Assembly: GCA_051362555.1 (NCBI GenBank)
Contig: CM120640.1
Coordinates: 23,546,225-23,610,224, forward strand
Reading direction: 5' to 3'
Length of the DNA: 64,000 nucleotides
Source: Lingula anatina
Taxonomy: Eukaryota; Animalia; Brachiopoda
This document shows, in pieces, positions 47,071-64,000 of the stretch. Numbering within the stretch: position 1 is the stretch's first letter; the number at the start of each line of letters is the position of its first letter. The notes beneath the pieces are model-generated. The model was not told the DNA's origin. It did no database searches and saw nothing but the letters and a program-made list of their open reading frames with translations. Position numbers and translations under genes: made by a program.

Positions 47071-50000
47071 ATGGAGTTTTCTGGCGAAAAAACTTTCAGC
47101 TCTCGATCCCTGTCTATCAGAAGCAAGTGGTTCCAAATATTTGCTATATGTGCTGCGTATATGACTTTCGTAAGTGAAAGAAAATTCAACTGTGTTTTTC
47201 TGTCTAAAAACCTGTCTGGGTATCGCCAAGATTACGTTTATTAAGTTCGTTATTAAAAGGGAATGCTTCAATATCATGCCAGTTACCTTGAAGAGAAAAG
47301 TGAAGTCTTATATTTGATAGCTGCATCAAAGTTAAATGCTTAATTTTAGATGCGGGATCAGGCCAAATTTGTTGATGAATATAATTAATAGTTGCATTTG
47401 TAAAAGTTTTCCAATGTGTCTAATAACTCGCCACGAAAAGGATCGATATGTAAATATTGTAGTTTTCGATTTCTGATTATGAAGTGAATCTTAATTATTT
47501 ACTACGTGTGAAAGAAAATAAGATTTGTTGACACGGTAAAACGTCATCTTAACGTTTCATGTAGGGAGCAAGCATGGCAATCCCTGGACCCACGTTAATT
47601 GATCTGAGGAAACAAGTTGGTGCCTCCGTGGAATCAGTCACTTACACCATCAGTGGCCGTTCAGCCGGTTTAATTATTGGGTCCATTAGTGGCGGCATCT
47701 TCTTCGACCACATGAACCATCACTTGATCCTCAGTTTGGTGATGATTTTGACTGCTGTAACAAATGTTCTCATTCCGTTTGCTTCGAACTTATCGGAACT
47801 GGCAGCGTGTCTGGCAGGACAGGGTATAGTGATGGGGTGTTTGGATACATGTAGGTATAGGGACCATTCCTATCGCACTAACTTTGGTTGGATCTATCTC
47901 CAAGGGGATTCTCGCTAAATTGCAATCAACTTAAGCGGCTTGGATGTTTGTCACGCCTACTGAAACAGTTTTGGGGTAATTAAAAATCGTTTAGCAGCTT
48001 CAGTAGGCGTGGCGTGCCACACATCTAAGCCTCTTAAGCTGAAAGCAATTTAACGAGAAACCCTTTGGAGATGGATCGATCCTGTTAGATCGGTCTAAGT
48101 GTGGGAACCCAGTCAAATAGGTGCTCGGCAGATTTTGTACGTGCTGATACAGACTGACTTCCGATTGTTGTTTCGGTGGTAGGCCTATTTTGGCTAGATA
48201 ACGAAAATATGCTGTAGGCTGAAACAAACAGTAGGTCTGCATCTTGAAATATAATTTTCTTTTAAATGATGAGCATGTTTTTAGAGGACGCTGCCTTATG
48301 GCGCCGAGCAAAATATGATCAGATCAGGGCCCCGTATCTCGAAAGCTTCGCTATTTTGCGCACGTGCGCGAGCATGGCGAGCGTGCCCTATTTGGTAGTG
48401 CGATTGCACCCACCTGCTATCTCGAAGCCTTAGCAAACGCAACGCAATTATTACCTCAAACTCTACTAAAATTCGATTGCCGCACAAAGTGAAGACGTCA
48501 TAACACAATTACACAAAATGTAATTTTTTTCACCACGACGCAAATCAAGAGGTTGTTTTTATTTATAGGAATATCATAATTACAAATACTGATATTTGAA
48601 GTATTTGACACCAATAAACACACATTGGTGAGTAGTGTTCAGTCTCACAATAATAGACATTGAGGAAGGTCGCGGTGCGACCGAATGCTTTGTTTCTGCT
48701 TTTTCATTTTGTGTAGAAAATGACACTTTTAAATTTATTATTATTATTATCAATAGACTACAATTAAATTCACCAGATAATATAAAATGATGTATGAAAT
48801 GTTTAATTTTGAAATTTTTCTGCATAATAAAACATGACTTTAGCATTCTTCACGTGAATATTTACCGCAAGTTTTTCTATCAGAGGTACCAGTGATTCAA
48901 TCAATTAAAAGCTTCCATGTTTTTGTTATATGTTTTATTATATGCTATTATGACTAGCAACCCAAACCTGCCACCATGTTTAATTACATGTAAGACACAT
49001 TAAAATGACGAATTATGCATACGCAGAGGCGACTAGTTTGTATCGCCGCAAATAATAGCCTCGAAACTAAAGGTGATTTCGTCATTAGCGCACGGCCGGG
49101 ATTTGCGAAGCTTTCGAGATATGGGATAACGCACGCTCGCCATGCTTGCGCACGTGCGCAACATAGCGAAGCTTTCGAGATACGGAGCCCCGGGGATGTT
49201 TTCCTTATAACTATTAGTGACCATTTATCTTTTAGGTGCCAACGCCATGGTTCTAGAACTGTGGGGAAAGAAATGTGGTCCATACCAACAGTTGTTGCAC
49301 TTCTCTTTTGGCGTTGGTGCATTTGTGGCCCCCGTAATTGCAGAGCCTTTATTGTCAAAAAGAATGGACGTTTCCAACAATGAAACCTTAAATTTAGACA
49401 AGGATTTTTTTACTTTCGAAGAAAATACATCTTTATATCGTAATATAAATGATGTCTTGGGAATCTCAAGCAAAAAAGGAGACACGATAGTATTGAATCC
49501 ATTATTAAGTAACACTACCAGTACATATACATTAATGTTAACCAACGAGTCTAGTAAAACCTCGATCCTTAATCCAGCGGAAATGTGGACAGAAACACGC
49601 ATAATGATTGCATACATTGCCGTTGGCTTGATTTCTCTACTTTGTACTTTACCGTTTATTATAATTATTCATCAAGACGGCAAATGCTTATACTGGAAAA
49701 GACAAAAAGTAAATATTGAAGTTGGTGTTCCAACAACTCGTAAAGATTCCATGTGGTTTAAAGTACCTTTTTTGGTTCTTTTTGCATCGCATATCTTTCT
49801 ATTCGTGGGTTTAGCTATTGCTTTCGGAACCCTTGTAACAACATTTGGCTTTGAGACTCTCCATTGGTCTAAACCTAAGGCGGCAAACCTGTCTACTGTT
49901 TTCTGGGGCTGCTTTGCCACTGCAAGAGGACTGTCAATCATGGTATCGAAGTTTTTGAGTTCTACTGTGATAATCTTCACGGATCTTGCAATAATGGTAC

Positions 50001-50386
50001 TTTCAACGGCGGTCATGTCATTCTCCGTGAATAGTGTCGAGGAAGTAATGTGGATATGCACGTCTTTGTGTGGCATTGGCATGGCTTCCATTGCCGCTGC
50101 TGGGTTTTCATGGGCAGATAGATACGTGCACATTACCGGGAAAGCTACCTCCGTACTTTGCATAGGGGCTGCAGTAGGATCGCTTACTTTGCCTGCACTT
50201 TTTGGTCACCTCTTCCAAATCAGCGGGATGTATTTTCCGTACCTGTTATTAGGCGGTGCGCTATGTAATGTAGTTTTGTTCACTATCCTGTATATATTTG
50301 CTCGCTTCCATGGTGAACGATACCTTCCCATCCCTCAAGAAGTGCCGGATAACAAGGATGAACACCAAGACACTTCAGAATTGTAA
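47071..50386 (+). CDS. MFSD4B: MFSD4/NaGLT1-like MFS transporter copy C (most divergent); exons 47071-47169, 47565-47850, 49236-50386 (511 aa)
   Basis: Same exon architecture as A and B; intact ORF. Confidence 0.87.
47891..48077. repeat. Imperfect foldback/palindromic element (~75-bp arms) in intron 2 of copy C
   Basis: gatctatctccaaggggattctcgctaaattgc...cacgcctactgaa pairs with ttcagtaggcgtg...gcaatttaacgagaaaccctttggagatggatc. Confidence 0.75.
48325..49192. mobile_element. ~870-bp non-autonomous DNA transposon (MITE) with ~60-bp TIRs, possibly PIF/Harbinger-like
   Basis: The left end cagggccccgtatctcgaaagcttcgctattttgcgcacgtgcgcgagcatggcgagcgtgc is the near reverse complement of 49131-49192. 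The atctcgaa(a)gc motif is repeated subterminally and the core is AT-rich and non-coding. The superfamily is inferred. Confidence 0.82.
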
Positions 50387-51848
50387 AATTCAATTTTGAA
50401 ATCACTTTACTAGGATCCATAGACTGGTATTCTCTAGTTGTTCACTTTAAAGCACATCAAATTTTTAAGAAATGCACTGAAGAAGAAACTATTATTTTTG
50501 TTTAATTATGGCATTTTACTATTCAAAAAGTTGTACAATTTAATTTCATATTTTCTCCTTAGGCTCTACTGCTTATATATATATTTTTATCAAATATGTT
50601 TAGTCCGTAATCTTCAACTACATGTATCAAAAGTCAACCATTATTTTTATTCATATATCATTTATTTATTTATTTTTTGCAATGGGAAAAAAAAAAAAAA
50701 AAAAAAAAAACGAAAATTGACAAAACGTCAGCATATAGGAATTCCACTTCACCTCAACCTTACAAAGAAGCATCGTTTCTGTGTGCACAAGTTGATAACT
50801 TGCTGTACTAAGAGCAATTTTATCATGACATCAGCAAGTGTACTGCATGTGATGGTTAATGAAAAATTCCTAGCTTTATAAAAATCTTATTTGTTTAATT
50901 TTCATAAAACATTATACTCATCTTCCACAAAGATCAATGGCCATAGAGGAAATCTGGTAACAACCCAAAACAAAATTCAAATGCCAATTGCAATGTTATT
51001 TCATAATAAGGAATAATTTCCCCAAATACTTTTAACTCTTGAATTATGTGTGTGTATGTGAAAGGTTGCGCGTTATGTTGTGGGTTTTTAACAAACAGTT
51101 TTAACAGATGTTTCTCATCTATATCTCACAGATGGTAGTATTAACCATAATTATCATCATTTTTGAGTAGATATATCTTTATTACAACATATTTACATAC
51201 ATATATCTCTGTTTTAAGAGGTTCATGATAAGACATAAATATTTTGTTTCATCCTATATTCCCAATGGATAATACTTGGAATAAGAATTTACACTATATT
51301 AAGTACAGAGAGAAAAATTACCAACTTCTATACTTCTATAATGAATGAAATCGAACCGGTATCAATGATATTATGAGTTTGACACATAACTCCTTTATGT
51401 TCAAATATGCATAGTTTCATGTCCAAACAATGATAAACCCATGTTTTCATACAAGAGGACCACAAACATAATTCACCAGAGTACTGGGTGATGGTATGTA
51501 GTATGCTTTTCAGTGATTTAACAAGAGATCTCATATTCTTAACATTTATAATTTTGGCATTAGCACAGCACAAGAGTCCCTGCAATAATGCAAACACACG
51601 TTCACATTTGTTTAAGTACCAATGTCCTTACTGCTGTCTTTAATGCTTCAACTGGAGGCCACTTAAGGATTGAACACTTGGAGATAATAAAGAGGACAAG
51701 TTTTTATCTTATTCTGTCTGGTAGATGACCCCCATAGACCCCTTGAGCACCTTCAGATTTTAATATTACTTCATCCTTGTGTCACTGTGACTTTTATACT
51801 GGAATGCTTCCACGTGTCCCTTCAACAGCTATGATTCAACAGTAATGT

Positions 51849-64000
<12,152 letters not shown>

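Noticed and set aside
50438-50881. 147-aa ORF downstream of MFSD4 copy C
   Set aside because: Low-complexity AT-rich 3' UTR/intergenic sequence with a poly-A-derived Lys run and no ATG start.

Overview
AT-rich, intron-containing animal DNA, probably an invertebrate (a lophotrochozoan such as a mollusc is my inference, not shown). It has four parts. (1) + strand 2692-32871: a NHERF/EBP50/Sip1-type scaffold gene with one N-terminal PDZ domain and a C-terminal ERM-binding helix. I read its middle as 17 short, symmetric phase-0 exons encoding an acidic E/P/V/S-rich linker; most are absent from or buried in the ORF track. Many are tandem-duplicated paralogues caught at different stages of birth and decay. 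(2) + strand 35549-50386: three tandem 3-exon MFSD4/NaGLT1-like transporter genes plus a relic of a fourth first exon. (3) - strand ~40994-41510: a small orphan gene for a predicted secreted EF-hand pro-protein inside that cluster. (4) - strand 64000 to ~51849: the 3' part of a DOCK6/7/8 (DOCK7-like) gene. There are also MITEs, a foldback element and a tRNA-derived SINE. The best candidate for a novel system is the splice-tunable, PEVK-like spacer (0 to ~373 aa) between the PDZ and ERM-binding ends of the NHERF-like protein, which carries optional EVH1-ligand-like polyproline modules. All exon calls are manual readings of AG/GT sites and frame; no transcript data or database searches were available.
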